Shown here in pieces: positions 54,822 through 64,000 of a DNA stretch of 64,000 nt (position 1 is the stretch's first letter; every line of letters begins with the position of its first letter). The translations under genes and the position numbers were made by a program. This DNA is from Thermoanaerobaculia bacterium (GTDB taxonomy: Bacteria > Acidobacteriota > Thermoanaerobaculia > UBA5066). The stretch is taken from the NCBI GenBank assembly GCA_963719225.1, contig CAVRAY010000001.1, forward strand, positions 896,001 to 960,000, written 5' to 3'. The notes beneath the pieces were generated by a model. That model did no database searches. It worked only from the letters and a program-made list of their open reading frames with translations, and was not told where the DNA came from.

Positions 54822-57383
54822 CTATTTCGGGATGACGAGCGGCTGGATCACGTCGGTGTCGCGGGACCTGAGGTCCTGCCTCACGAGGACCGCGAGGAAC
54901 GGCCCGGTGCCGTCGGCGGGAACGACGTCGAGGCGCCCGAGGTCCGTTTTCGCGCCGGCCAACCAGCCCGGAAGCGAGACGGCGCCCGACGGCGGCACCG
55001 TGACCGTGCGGCTGCCGACGGCGGTGCCGTCCGCGCCGGTGAATTTCACCGTGACGTCGCCCGGGTTCGCCGACGTCGACGTGAGGTGGAGCGTCGAGGA
55101 AAAGTCGTCGTTCTGCGTGGCCGAGAGGAACACGCCCCGCGAGCCCGACGGGATCGCGGAGGGAGACGCGGCGAAGGCCGCGCGCGACGTGAAGACGACG
55201 TTTCCCCCGGAGGAAAGCGCGGCGCGGAAGGTGGCGAAGGCCGCTACCGGCTGATCGGCGGCGACGTCGAGCGTCCCCGTGGCTGCCGCGGCGGGACTTC
55301 CCAGGTCGAGCGTGACGACCGCGCCGGGAGGGACGGTCGTCGTCGCGAGCGGGCCGCCCGGCGCGAGAGCGGGTCCGTCGACGGGCTGCGCGACGCGGAA
55401 GGACACGCCGACGTTCGCGGAACCCGTCCCGCTGTTGAAGATCTGGAGCGTCGGCTTGACGCCGCCTCCGCGCGTAAAGCCCGCGATCTGGAGGCTGTTG
55501 GCGAGCGCGGACGCTCCGACAGGGGCGAGGCCCGCGACGTCTCCGCTCCCGCGGTCCACGGCCGAGCCGAACAGCAGAACCCGCCCGGTCGCCACCGTGC
55601 AGACGATGCGCGCGGACGGAAGGGTCGGCAGCGCGAAGGCGTCGAAGATGGACGTGCCCTGGACGTGGTAACCGCTCGGCCAGTCGTACGCGTAGCTCGC
55701 GCGGGAGACGCCGCTCGCGTCGACGATCGAGATCGTGCCCCGCGACGCTTCCGTGACCAGGACGCCCGCGATCGTCTGCTCTCCGACGTCGGAGGACGCG
55801 AAGAGAAAGCCCGTGTCGCCCGCGCCCAGCGCGGCGGTGCCCGCCACGGCGTTCGCGGCGTCGCCCAGGGTTCCGCCTGAGGGAGCGGAAAGGGAGACGC
55901 GCGACCACGCGAACGTGTCGTCGAGGACGTCCGACGTGATCCGAACGCCGCCCTGGACGCCCGCCGAGTCCATGCCCGCGCCGATGACGTCCTGCTGGGA
56001 CACGAGCGTGCCGGCCGGCACCGGCTGCGTCGCGGCGCCCGACAATCCGGCGATCCATCCGTCGGGCAGGATCCGCTGAACGTAGTTCATGACCTTCGTC
56101 ACTCCAGTGGAATCGGGAGTCCCCCGATTCCAGGTGACGATCTGGGTGCGATACGAGCGGGCCGAATCGGAGGAGAAAGGCGCCGCCGATGCGGAGGTGA
56201 GATACAGCTCCTTGTCGTCGACCTTCGGCGGGGGAGAGAGAGCGCCGAAGGCGCCGCTCGTCCCGAAGAAGATCCTGCCGCGCGCCTCGTCGATCAGCAT
56301 GGCCCAGAGCGAGCTGCCGCTGTTCACGAGGATCTGCGCGAGTCCGGGCTGGCCGCTCCCGACGTCGACCACGACGCTCGGAGGCGTCAGATCCTGCTCG
56401 TCGAGCGTGAGAGCGCTCGTCACGGCCGTCGTCGCGAAGGTCGTCCGCGCGACCGGGACGGCGTCCGTGAACGTGAGAGTCGAAGTCGACGACGGCGTGG
56501 ATTTCCCGGGGTCGAGGAACCCCACCTGGCCCGCCTGATCCGAATAGACGACGAGCCCCTTGTAGTTGTGGATGTCGTAGGGGAACGAGCCCGATGGGAG
56601 CGTGAACACGTCCAGGGTGCCGGTCGCATCGTCGAAGCGGCCGAGCTGTCCCGAGGCGTAAAAGGTGATCCAGAGCTTTCCGTCCGCGAGGCGAACGATC
56701 TTCGAGGGCGAAAGAGTCGTCGAGGGCAGCGTCCAGATCCTGGCGGTCGAGACGTCCGGAGCCCAATGGACGACCGACTGGAAGATGAAGTCGAGGGAGA
56801 AGATCGATCCGTCCGGATCCTGCCAGGGGTAGGAGTTGTAGTAGACGCCGGGGGTCGTGTAGTAGATGAAGTTCGGGACCGCGGGATCGAAGACCGCGAG
56901 GAGCCCGCCTGTTTCCGGCAGCCAGAATTTTCCGTCGGGTCTTTTCACGAGCGCCGTGGGCCGGCGCGCGCCGTCGGTGTATTCCGTGACGCTTCCGGTG
57001 GCCGGATCGAAGTGCGCGACCTTGAAGCCGCCGAGCTCCGTGATCCAGAACGTGCCGTCGTCGTCCCTCAGAAGAGAGCTCGGCGCGGCGTCCTTCGCCA
57101 TGATCCAGCGCGAGAGCTTCGTGCGGTCGCCGGACATGCGGGAGATGGCGTTCTCCTCGGCGGAAACGGCCCACACGGATCCGTTCGCTTCCTTCACCAT
57201 GTTGGCGCCGTCGTAAGCCAACGCGCCCGTGAAGGAGTAGAGCTCCGTGCCGGCAGGGACCGGACGCGGCGTCGGCGTGGGTGTGGGGGTCGGCGTCGGC
57301 TCCTGCCCGCGAGCGGGAAGCGTCAGGGCGAAGACGGCGATGAAGAACGGAAGAAGGAGTCCGGGGGAGCGCTTGCGTGTCAC
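54822..57383 (-). CDS. Secreted protein: PT linker, Vgb-like beta-propeller and C-terminal beta-sandwich domains
   Basis: Signal peptide, (PT)n, repeats DGTFWITE/DGKFWLPE/DGKLWIT with FDPATG; GTG start 7 nt after TACAAT. Confidence 0.75.
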   Translation of the reverse strand: MTRKRSPGLLLPFFIAVFALTLPARGQEPTPTPTPTPTPRPVPAGTELYSFTGALAYDGANMVKEANGSVWAVSAEENAISRMSGDRTKLSRWIMAKDAAPSSLLRDDDGTFWITELGGFKVAHFDPATGSVTEYTDGARRPTALVKRPDGKFWLPETGGLLAVFDPAVPNFIYYTTPGVYYNSYPWQDPDGSIFSLDFIFQSVVHWAPDVSTARIWTLPSTTLSPSKIVRLADGKLWITFYASGQLGRFDDATGTLDVFTLPSGSFPYDIHNYKGLVVYSDQAGQVGFLDPGKSTPSSTSTLTFTDAVPVARTTFATTAVTSALTLDEQDLTPPSVVVDVGSGQPGLAQILVNSGSSLWAMLIDEARGRIFFGTSGAFGALSPPPKVDDKELYLTSASAAPFSSDSARSYRTQIVTWNRGTPDSTGVTKVMNYVQRILPDGWIAGLSGAATQPVPAGTLVSQQDVIGAGMDSAGVQGGVRITSDVLDDTFAWSRVSLSAPSGGTLGDAANAVAGTAALGAGDTGFLFASSDVGEQTIAGVLVTEASRGTISIVDASGVSRASYAYDWPSGYHVQGTSIFDAFALPTLPSARIVCTVATGRVLLFGSAVDRGSGDVAGLAPVGASALANSLQIAGFTRGGGVKPTLQIFNSGTGSANVGVSFRVAQPVDGPALAPGGPLATTTVPPGAVVTLDLGSPAAAATGTLDVAADQPVAAFATFRAALSSGGNVVFTSRAAFAASPSAIPSGSRGVFLSATQNDDFSSTLHLTSTSANPGDVTVKFTGADGTAVGSRTVTVPPSGAVSLPGWLAGAKTDLGRLDVVPADGTGPFLAVLVRQDLRSRDTDVIQPLVIPK

Positions 57384-57450
57384 GTCGGGCATTGTAGCGG
57401 CCCGAGATGCACGCTCCGTTCCGCTTCCCACGTCGTGAAAAGTGGCCGGT

Positions 57451-57480
57451 TTGACGCGCCGGAGACGCTTGGCGTAGGAT
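57451..57480 (+). promoter_or_regulatory. Sigma70 promoter of rho
   Basis: TTGACG-N18-TAGGAT, about 220 nt upstream of the start codon. Confidence 0.6.
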
Positions 57481-57701
57481 TGGGTCTCGCAGGGCGGCCC
57501 CGAACGTTCGGAGAGCCCACCGGCGCCGCAGCGCGGAGCCGGAATGGCCGCAGAGACCGCGGCCGCCCCGCCAGGGAGAACCCAAGTCAAGGGCCCGAAG
57601 CGCGGAGGATGCGTGCGTTCACCTTGGAACGCCGTCCCCGGCCGGAAGCCACGAGGGAAGTCCGTTGGCTCGCATCGAGGGGCCAACCCCGGAGGATTAA
57701 T

Positions 57702-59165
57702 TTGAGCGAGATGGACCCGAAGGATCGAGTCCTCACGGCACCCGGCGACTCGCAAAGGGGCGACGTCGACGTTCCGGATGGGGAGTTCGAGGCCGATTCC
57801 GCCGGCCCGGAGACCGAAGAGGGCTCAGAGGCCGCGGAATCGAACGAGGGCGGCGACGCGCAGCCTGCCGCCGAAGGCGAGGGCCAGAACGCGTTCGACC
57901 CCTACAGGCGGCGGAGACGCCGGCGCCGTCGGCGCGGCCGCGGACGCGGTCCCGGTCCGGCAGTCGCGGGCGACGGAAGCGGCACGCTCTCGCCGGAGGG
58001 CGTCTCCCCCGAGGCCCGGGGCCGTTACGCCCCGCGCATGGAGCCAGCCGCCGTCGCGAACGCGCCCCGCACGGCGATCAAGGGAATCGTGAAGCTTCAC
58101 GGGGACCACTCCGGCACGCTCGTCTCGTCGACGACCTATTTTCCCGAGCGCGGAGACCCGTTTCTTCCGAAGTTCCTCGTGGAATCCGAGGACCTCGAGG
58201 ACGGCCTTCTCGTCGAGGCCGAGGCCGTCTCGCGCGGCCCGAAGGGCCCGATCGTCCAGAAAGTGATCTCGATCGAAGGACTCGAGCCGGCGGACTATCG
58301 CGGCAAGTACATCCAGTTCCACAAGGGCGTGTCGGTCGACCCCGACCGGCGCCTCCGGATGGAAACCGCGGCGGACGAGATCTCCGGCCGCGTCCTGGAT
58401 CTCGTGGCGCCGATCGGACGAGGCCAGCGCTGCCTGATCGTCGCGCCTCCGAAGGCGGGCAAGACGTTCCTCCTGAAAACGATGGCGAACGCCATCGCGA
58501 AGAACGACCCCGACGTGAAGATCTTCATGCTCCTCGTGGACGAGCGTCCCGAGGAGGTCACCGACATGCAGCGGTCGATCACGGGGGAGGTGGTCGCCTC
58601 GCCGAGCGACCTCAACGCGGCGCATCACATCGCCGTTTCGGAGGCGTGCTTCGAGCGGGCCAAACGCCTCGTCGAGATCGGCCACGACGCCGTCATCTTC
58701 TGCGACTCGATCACGCGCATGAGCCGCGCCTACAACAACGAGCAGCGCGGAAGCGGCCGCATTCTCTCGGGTGGAATCGACGCCCGGACGATGGAGAAGC
58801 CGCGCCGCTTCTTCGGCGGCGCGCGGAATCACGAGGGCGGCGGCTCTCTCACGATCATCGCGACGTGTCTCATCGACACGGGAAGCAGGATGGACGACGT
58901 CATCTTCGAGGAATTCAAGGGCACCGGCAACAGCGAGATCATCCTCGACCGCGGCCTCTTCGAGCGCCGCATCTTCCCCTGCATCAACATCCCTGCTTCC
59001 GGCACCCGCAAGGAGGAGAAGCTCTACGACGCGGACGAGCTCCCGAAGATCCACAAGCTCCGCCGGGCGCTTTCTTCGGTGAAGCCACAGGACGCGATGG
59101 AGCTCCTGCTCTCTAAGCTCGGAAAGACGAAGACGAACAAGGAGTTCCTGAAGAGTATTCTTTAG
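57702..59165 (+). CDS. rho: Transcription termination factor Rho (divergent RNA-binding domain, acidic/poly-Arg N-terminus)
   Basis: SD GGAGG plus TTG; [58 protein letters not shown]. Confidence 0.92.
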   Translation: MSEMDPKDRVLTAPGDSQRGDVDVPDGEFEADSAGPETEEGSEAAESNEGGDAQPAAEGEGQNAFDPYRRRRRRRRRRGRGRGPGPAVAGDGSGTLSPEGVSPEARGRYAPRMEPAAVANAPRTAIKGIVKLHGDHSGTLVSSTTYFPERGDPFLPKFLVESEDLEDGLLVEAEAVSRGPKGPIVQKVISIEGLEPADYRGKYIQFHKGVSVDPDRRLRMETAADEISGRVLDLVAPIGRGQRCLIVAPPKAGKTFLLKTMANAIAKNDPDVKIFMLLVDERPEEVTDMQRSITGEVVASPSDLNAAHHIAVSEACFERAKRLVEIGHDAVIFCDSITRMSRAYNNEQRGSGRILSGGIDARTMEKPRRFFGGARNHEGGGSLTIIATCLIDTGSRMDDVIFEEFKGTGNSEIILDRGLFERRIFPCINIPASGTRKEEKLYDADELPKIHKLRRALSSVKPQDAMELLLSKLGKTKTNKEFLKSIL

Positions 59166-59169
59166 CCTT

Positions 59170-59967
59170 CTATTCCTCTGGCGGAATGTAGAAGTCCGTC
59201 AGCCGCCGCATGACGTGGCGGGGGTCCTCCATATGGAGGAAGCGGGAGGCGCCGGCGAAGGTGGCTCCCTCCGCCCCGCGGATCCCCTGAACGATCGCGG
59301 CCGCGCAGCGCAGCCTTTCGGGATCCTCGCGGTCGCCCACGAGGACGATCGTGCGCGCGCGGATCTCGCCGAGCCGCTCGGCCTGCGTCGGCCCGGAGTG
59401 CGGCGGACGGGCGAGCGATCCCCCCGCGACGCGCGCGCGTCCGTAGATGGTCTGGAGGCGCTCGAAGGGCCCTTCCAGCTCGCGCGCGACGTCGAAGGCC
59501 GGCGAGGCGAGCCATTTTTCGTCCATCGCGGCGCGCGGCGAGCGCGCGAAAGCCGAGAGCAGGTCGCGCCGCGCCGCGAGCGTCTCCTCTCTCCACGGGA
59601 ACCCCTCGAGCGTGGGCGCGAGGAGCGCGAGGGAGAGCGTCCGAGCCGGAAAGTCGAGCGCGAACTGGAGCGCGACCTCGGCGGCGTCGTCGTGGGCGAG
59701 GAGATGCGCTTTCTCCGTCGAGAACCAGTCGAGGAAGGAAGCCATCTCGGCGGCTTCGTCGGCGAGCGAGATCGGCTCGGGCGCGTCGCCCGAGCGCCCG
59801 TGGCCCCTTCGATCGAAGCGCAGCGCGCGAAAGCCCGAGGAGACGGCGGTGGCCGGCGCCTCGAGAAGGTCCGCGTCCGCGAACGAGCCGTGGAGCAGCA
59901 CGACCGTCTCGCCCTCGCCGCCGACCTCGTAGTAGAAGCGGTGCCCCGAAAGGCTCGCGTACGGCAT
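59170..59967 (-). CDS. Alpha/beta-fold hydrolase-like protein with atypical catalytic motifs
   Basis: YYEVGGEG..VVLLHG, FDRRGHGRS, AHDDA elbow, VLVGDRE. Confidence 0.8.
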   Translation of the reverse strand: MPYASLSGHRFYYEVGGEGETVVLLHGSFADADLLEAPATAVSSGFRALRFDRRGHGRSGDAPEPISLADEAAEMASFLDWFSTEKAHLLAHDDAAEVALQFALDFPARTLSLALLAPTLEGFPWREETLAARRDLLSAFARSPRAAMDEKWLASPAFDVARELEGPFERLQTIYGRARVAGGSLARPPHSGPTQAERLGEIRARTIVLVGDREDPERLRCAAAIVQGIRGAEGATFAGASRFLHMEDPRHVMRRLTDFYIPPEE

Positions 59968-59975
59968 CGGCGGGC

Positions 59976-61607
59976 TCAGGCCGGCGCGGCCGCTTCGATG
60001 CGGCCGGCGACTCGGCGTCCGCGACGACGCCTCCGGCGCTTCGGGGGCGCCGTCGAAGACGGAAGTGGAGGCTCCGGGGGCTCCGCGCCGAACCCTCCCG
60101 GCGGCAGGTCGAGCCGAAATGCCTCACGCGTCCAGAAGTCCACAGCGAGGAGGGAGATGGGAGATTCGGAAGAAGATTCTTCGAATGGAGAGACGGAAGA
60201 AGAGATGGAGGAACGGAAGGAAACGGGGATTTCTTTGAAGGTGGGTGGGGCTACCGCGGCAGGCTCGTGCGCCGAGATGGGCGTCAGCTGGGACTCCGGT
60301 CTCAGCGCGCGCGGTGTCGCCTCCTGCGAAGCCGCCACCGGAGCTTCCGGAGCCTCCCTCTTCACCTTCGAAGAAATCTTCGGCGCCGGAGGCGCCGTCT
60401 TCTCTTCCCGTGACGCCGCAGGCGCCGCGAAGAGCGCGTTGTCCGCGAACTCCACGGGGATCTTCATTCCGATGAGGCGCTGGATCGCGTCGAGCGAGAA
60501 CACGTAGTCTTCGTCGGCGAGGGAGATCGCCTTGCCCGACTGGCCGGCGCGGGCCGTCCGTCCGATCCGGTGAACGTAGTCCTCGGGGTCCTGGGGAAGG
60601 TCCACGTTGATGACGTGTGTAACGCCGTCGATGTGGAGCCCCCGCGACGCGACGTCCGTGGCGACGAGCAGCGGCAGCACACCGCTCTTGAAGTCCTGGA
60701 GGATCTTCAGGCGCCGTGGCTGCGGAATGTCTCCCGTGAGCGCGCCGATGCGGAATCCGTGCCTCTCGAGGTTCGTGACGAGGCGCTCGGCGAAGCGCTT
60801 CGTGTTCACGAAGAGCATCGTGCGCTCGACGCCCTCGCGTCTCAGAAGGCCCAGCAGCAGCGGAATCTTCTCGCGCTGCGAGACGTGGTAGAGCACCTGG
60901 GTGACGCGGTCGGCGGTGATCTGCTCGGGCCGGATCTCGATCTTCTTCGCGTCGTGCATGTGCTCGTACGCGAGCTCCATCACGCGGAGAGAAAGCGTCG
61001 CGGAGAAGAGCATGGAGTGCCGCCGGCCGGGCGGCGGGCAGCGCCGGAGAATGCGCCTGAGGTCCTTGATGAAGCCGAGGTCGAACAGGCGGTCGGCCTC
61101 GTCGATGACGAGCGACTCGACCTCGCCGAAGGACGTCGCGCCCTGTTGTTCGTAGTCGAGGAGGCGACCGGGCGTTCCGATGAGGAGATCGCAGCCGGCC
61201 CGAAGCTGGTCGCGCTGGCGGCCGTAATCGATGCCGCCGAAGACGGTCACGATGCGCATCTTCACGAAATGCCCGAGGGCGCGCGCGTCTTCCTGGATCT
61301 GCACGGCCAGCTCGCGTGTCGGCGCGACGATGAGCGCCCGCGGGTTCGGGGAGCCCTTGTGGCGCTTCGCCCGGATGAAACGGGTGAAAATCGCCACGAG
61401 GTACGCGGCCGTTTTTCCCGTGCCCGTCTGTGCCTGGGCGGCGACGTCCTGACCCGCGAGGAGAAGGGGAAGCGTCGCGGCTTGAATGGGAGTCGCCCGT
61501 ACGAATCCGCATCCCGCGATCCCCGCGCTCACGGCGTGCGGGAGCTTCAGGTCGGCGAAGTAGACGTCGGAAAGGTGATCGGAAAATTTCCCCGCAGGAG
61601 CGGTCAT
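59976..61607 (-). CDS. rhlB: DEAD-box RNA helicase, RhlB-like
   Basis: AQTGTGKT, PTRELAVQI, DEADRLFDLGFIKD, SAT, YVHRIGRTAR; low-complexity C-terminal tail. Confidence 0.82.
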   Translation of the reverse strand: MTAPAGKFSDHLSDVYFADLKLPHAVSAGIAGCGFVRATPIQAATLPLLLAGQDVAAQAQTGTGKTAAYLVAIFTRFIRAKRHKGSPNPRALIVAPTRELAVQIQEDARALGHFVKMRIVTVFGGIDYGRQRDQLRAGCDLLIGTPGRLLDYEQQGATSFGEVESLVIDEADRLFDLGFIKDLRRILRRCPPPGRRHSMLFSATLSLRVMELAYEHMHDAKKIEIRPEQITADRVTQVLYHVSQREKIPLLLGLLRREGVERTMLFVNTKRFAERLVTNLERHGFRIGALTGDIPQPRRLKILQDFKSGVLPLLVATDVASRGLHIDGVTHVINVDLPQDPEDYVHRIGRTARAGQSGKAISLADEDYVFSLDAIQRLIGMKIPVEFADNALFAAPAASREEKTAPPAPKISSKVKREAPEAPVAASQEATPRALRPESQLTPISAHEPAAVAPPTFKEIPVSFRSSISSSVSPFEESSSESPISLLAVDFWTREAFRLDLPPGGFGAEPPEPPLPSSTAPPKRRRRRRGRRVAGRIEAAAPA

Positions 61608-61680
61608 CCGAGTTCATTGTAGCGTCCCGAACCGTTCCCGTCGCCTCCGATATACTGGACCGACGCGCGCCTCTCCTTCC

Positions 61681-63615
61681 ATGACGCCGCTCGCCGATCG
61701 CCGCCCGGTCCTCTTCGCACTCGGCATCGCGGCCATCGTCATCGCATTCACGACCGACGAGCGCGTCTTCGGCCTGGTCACCGACGGGCAGATCATGACG
61801 CGCACGGCGTATGCGATGTCCGCGCTCGGGGAGATCGGAATCGCGCGCGGTCACCCGGTCGACATCGCGCGCTCCGCCGGAGACGCCGTCACGCGGTACG
61901 GCATGGGCCCGTCCCTCGTTCGCGTTCCGATCACGGCGCTCGCGGGTCCGTTCGAGAACGCTTTCGGTGTCGGCTCTTCGCAGACGTTGTTCGTCCTCGG
62001 GCAGATGCTCCTCATCCTCCTCGCCGCCGGTGCGGCGGGCCTGCTCGCCGGCTCTCTCGAGGCGGGGGCCGCGGGAACGCGCCGCGCGTGTCTCGCCGCC
62101 GCGATCGCATCGCCTCTCTGGGCGTACGCGGGATCCGACTGGTCGGAACCGCTCCAGGCCGCGTGCGTCGGCGGCGCATTCGCGTTCGCCGTCGTCGCCG
62201 TCGGTGAGGGCTCCTCCCCACGACGGGCGTCCACCTTCGCGGCGCTCGCGGGGGCGAGCGCCGGCTTCGGGCTTCTCTCCAAGTCGATCCTCATCGTGCT
62301 CTTCCCGTGCGTCCTCGCCGTGCTCTGGTTCTCTTCGGAGCGCTCCCGACGCGTGCGCCGTCTGCTCGCGGCGTGCGCCGGCTGGCTGATTCCGGCGGCG
62401 CTGTGGCTCGTTTTCGAGATCGTTCGGTTCGGGCGCCCGTTCGCATCGTATTCAGGCGAGCGTTTCAGCCATCCTGTGCTCGACGGACTCTGGCGTCTCA
62501 CCGTGGGGCCGAACAAGGGTCTCTTCCTGTATTTCCCGCTCGCTCTCCTGGCGGTGCCCGGTGTCGTGAGTCTCGTGAAGACGCGGCGCGCTCTCGCCCT
62601 CACGCTCGCGGGGTTCTCGCTCTTCGTACTCGTCACGACCGCGGCCTGGTGGTCGTGGGACGGGACTTCGGGCTGGGGCCCGCGGCTTCTCGTGCCTCTC
62701 GTGCCGCTCCTCGCGGCCCTCGCGATCCTCGGCTCCCGCGCGGTGCCTCCTCTCGTCTTCCGGGTGCTCTTCGGGATCGGCGTTCTCGTCAATGCCGTGG
62801 GCGCTCTCCAGCCGGACGGGGCGCTCGCGTGGTATTACGCGACGCTCAAGCCGCGTCCTCTTTCCGTCGCCGAGCGCCCGGCATTCCCGGCGTTCGCCAC
62901 CGAGGTCGACCCGGCGACTTCGGGTGTCGTTCTTCTCCCGATCCACGACGCCGCGATGCACGCCGGCCTGTCTCCTCTCAAGGTGAACGCCTGGCTCCTC
63001 GTGACGCGCTTCGGCGGAGGCGACGTGGGTGCCTCGCTCGCGAAGCCTCCGTGGCGGACCGACGTCAGAGGTCAGGAAGTCGCCGCGCCCCCCGAGCGCG
63101 TCATCCCGGCGAGCGCGCTCGTCTTTCTGACGTCTCCCTTCCGCTGGCCGCATCTCGGCATGTCGCTCATGCGCCGGGGCGACCAGACCGACACCGTCCT
63201 CGCGTTCGTCGACTGCCTTTACGACCAGGAGCTCCGCGCCCAGGACATGCGCCGCGCCGATCGCGCGATCGAGTTCGCGGAGGAGCTCTACCGGCGGGTG
63301 CCCTCGCCGCAGACGATCACGGCGCTCGCGGAGGCCTATCGGCTCGCGGGCAAGCGCGAGACGCTCTACGATTTCGTGCGCTCGCTGCCCGCGGCCCAGA
63401 GGGGAGCGCCCGACTTCGGCATGGTGCTCGCCCTCACGGCGCGCGATTCCGGAAACGAGCGGCTCGCGCGCGAGATCCTCGGACAGCTCGTCAAGGCGGG
63501 CGGCCGCCCGGAATACGCGCGCCTCGAGTCCCTGCCGCTTTCCGAATGGCCCGCGACGCTGCGCACGGCGCAACGTTCGCCCACGCGCGAAGCGGGGGAA
63601 GAGTCCCGGCGATAG
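61681..63615 (+). CDS. Polytopic membrane protein, GT-C-fold glycosyltransferase-like, with C-terminal TPR-like helices
   Basis: About 10 TM segments; TDG in first loop, RYGMGPS, WSEPL, GLFLYFP, WDG..GWGPRLLVP. Confidence 0.6.
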   Translation: MTPLADRRPVLFALGIAAIVIAFTTDERVFGLVTDGQIMTRTAYAMSALGEIGIARGHPVDIARSAGDAVTRYGMGPSLVRVPITALAGPFENAFGVGSSQTLFVLGQMLLILLAAGAAGLLAGSLEAGAAGTRRACLAAAIASPLWAYAGSDWSEPLQAACVGGAFAFAVVAVGEGSSPRRASTFAALAGASAGFGLLSKSILIVLFPCVLAVLWFSSERSRRVRRLLAACAGWLIPAALWLVFEIVRFGRPFASYSGERFSHPVLDGLWRLTVGPNKGLFLYFPLALLAVPGVVSLVKTRRALALTLAGFSLFVLVTTAAWWSWDGTSGWGPRLLVPLVPLLAALAILGSRAVPPLVFRVLFGIGVLVNAVGALQPDGALAWYYATLKPRPLSVAERPAFPAFATEVDPATSGVVLLPIHDAAMHAGLSPLKVNAWLLVTRFGGGDVGASLAKPPWRTDVRGQEVAAPPERVIPASALVFLTSPFRWPHLGMSLMRRGDQTDTVLAFVDCLYDQELRAQDMRRADRAIEFAEELYRRVPSPQTITALAEAYRLAGKRETLYDFVRSLPAAQRGAPDFGMVLALTARDSGNERLAREILGQLVKAGGRPEYARLESLPLSEWPATLRTAQRSPTREAGEESRR

Positions 63616-63624
63616 GATGCGCCC

Positions 63625-64000
63625 ATGAGCGTCACGGTCGAGGTCCCGACCTTCGAGAACCCGGTCACGGCGACGCTTCGGGTGACGTGTCCCGCGACCG
63701 GCGAGCTTCTCGGCGAGGTCCCCGACCTCGATGCCGGAGGAGTCGCCGCGGCCGTCGCGCGATCCCGCGCCGCGGCGCCGTCCTGGGCCGGGGCGTCGCT
63801 CGAGGCGCGGATCGAGGCTCTGTTGAAGTGGCGCGATCTCATCCTCGACACGCCGCTCGTCCCCGAGACTCTCGTCAAGGAGAGCGGCAAGCCGCGACAC
63901 GAAGCCGAGGGCATCGAGGTTCTCTACCTCTGCGAGCTGATTCGGGCGATGACGAGACTTTCGCGCCGCGCGCTTGCCGAAGAGATCCGGAATCCGCTCC
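63625..64000 (+). CDS. Aldehyde dehydrogenase family protein, N-terminal part; runs off the window end
   Basis: Not in the ORF track. Manual translation gives ...VTCPATGELLGEVP...AAAVARSRAAAPSW...R...ESGKPRHEA. Confidence 0.85.
   Translation, partial: MSVTVEVPTFENPVTATLRVTCPATGELLGEVPDLDAGGVAAAVARSRAAAPSWAGASLEARIEALLKWRDLILDTPLVPETLVKESGKPRHEAEGIEVLYLCELIRAMTRLSRRALAEEIRNPL

Noticed and set aside
57270-57300. (PT)n-encoding tandem repeat as a contingency locus
   Set aside because: Degenerate codons; a common linker after a signal peptide.
30152-59054. Long shadow ORFs opposite argS, the TBDRs, mcm, nucleotidase and rho, and the N-terminal 378 codons of ORF 56568..59165
   Set aside because: Mirror frames of well-supported genes. 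Rho starts at the SD-led TTG 57702.

Overview
High-GC bacterial chromosomal window, most likely Acidobacteriota (Thermoanaerobaculia-like; inferred from 16S features and the GWxTD/VWA/Oar-type TBDR/sulfatase-TPR repertoire, not from a database search). Contents in order: two glycosyltransferases, a helical lipoprotein, udgB, a DUF2911-TPR protein, purF-DUF167-purM (frameshifted)-purN, a complete rRNA operon (16S-tRNA-Ile-tRNA-Ala-23S-5S), gmd, an NDUFAF7/MidA methyltransferase, an 11-gene nuo operon without nuoEFG that runs straight into atpZ-atpI-atpB-atpE, an ECF sigma/anti-sigma pair, GNAT, argS and SRPBCC. A ~16 kb envelope locus follows: two divergent TBDR/GWxTD pairs with sigma54-type promoters, plus sulfatase-TPR, VWA, DUF4388-HDOD and a third GWxTD. 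The window ends with the methylmalonyl-CoA mutase large subunit, tdk, nth, a 5'-nucleotidase, DUF5777, a secreted beta-propeller protein, an atypical rho, an alpha/beta hydrolase, an RhlB-like helicase, a GT-C-like membrane protein and a partial ALDH. No transposase, prophage or CRISPR array was seen. The most unexpected signals are non-genic: (1) a dispersed AT-rich motif TTTCTTNGAAGG, mostly in head-to-head pairs and read in all six frames inside genes; (2) about 12 genes with a TAnnnT-N6-8-start leaderless architecture; (3) a convergent intergenic region with a 12-bp-phased DnaA-box-like array and alternative inverted repeats. All calls were made by eye, and many start codons and rRNA ends are approximate.
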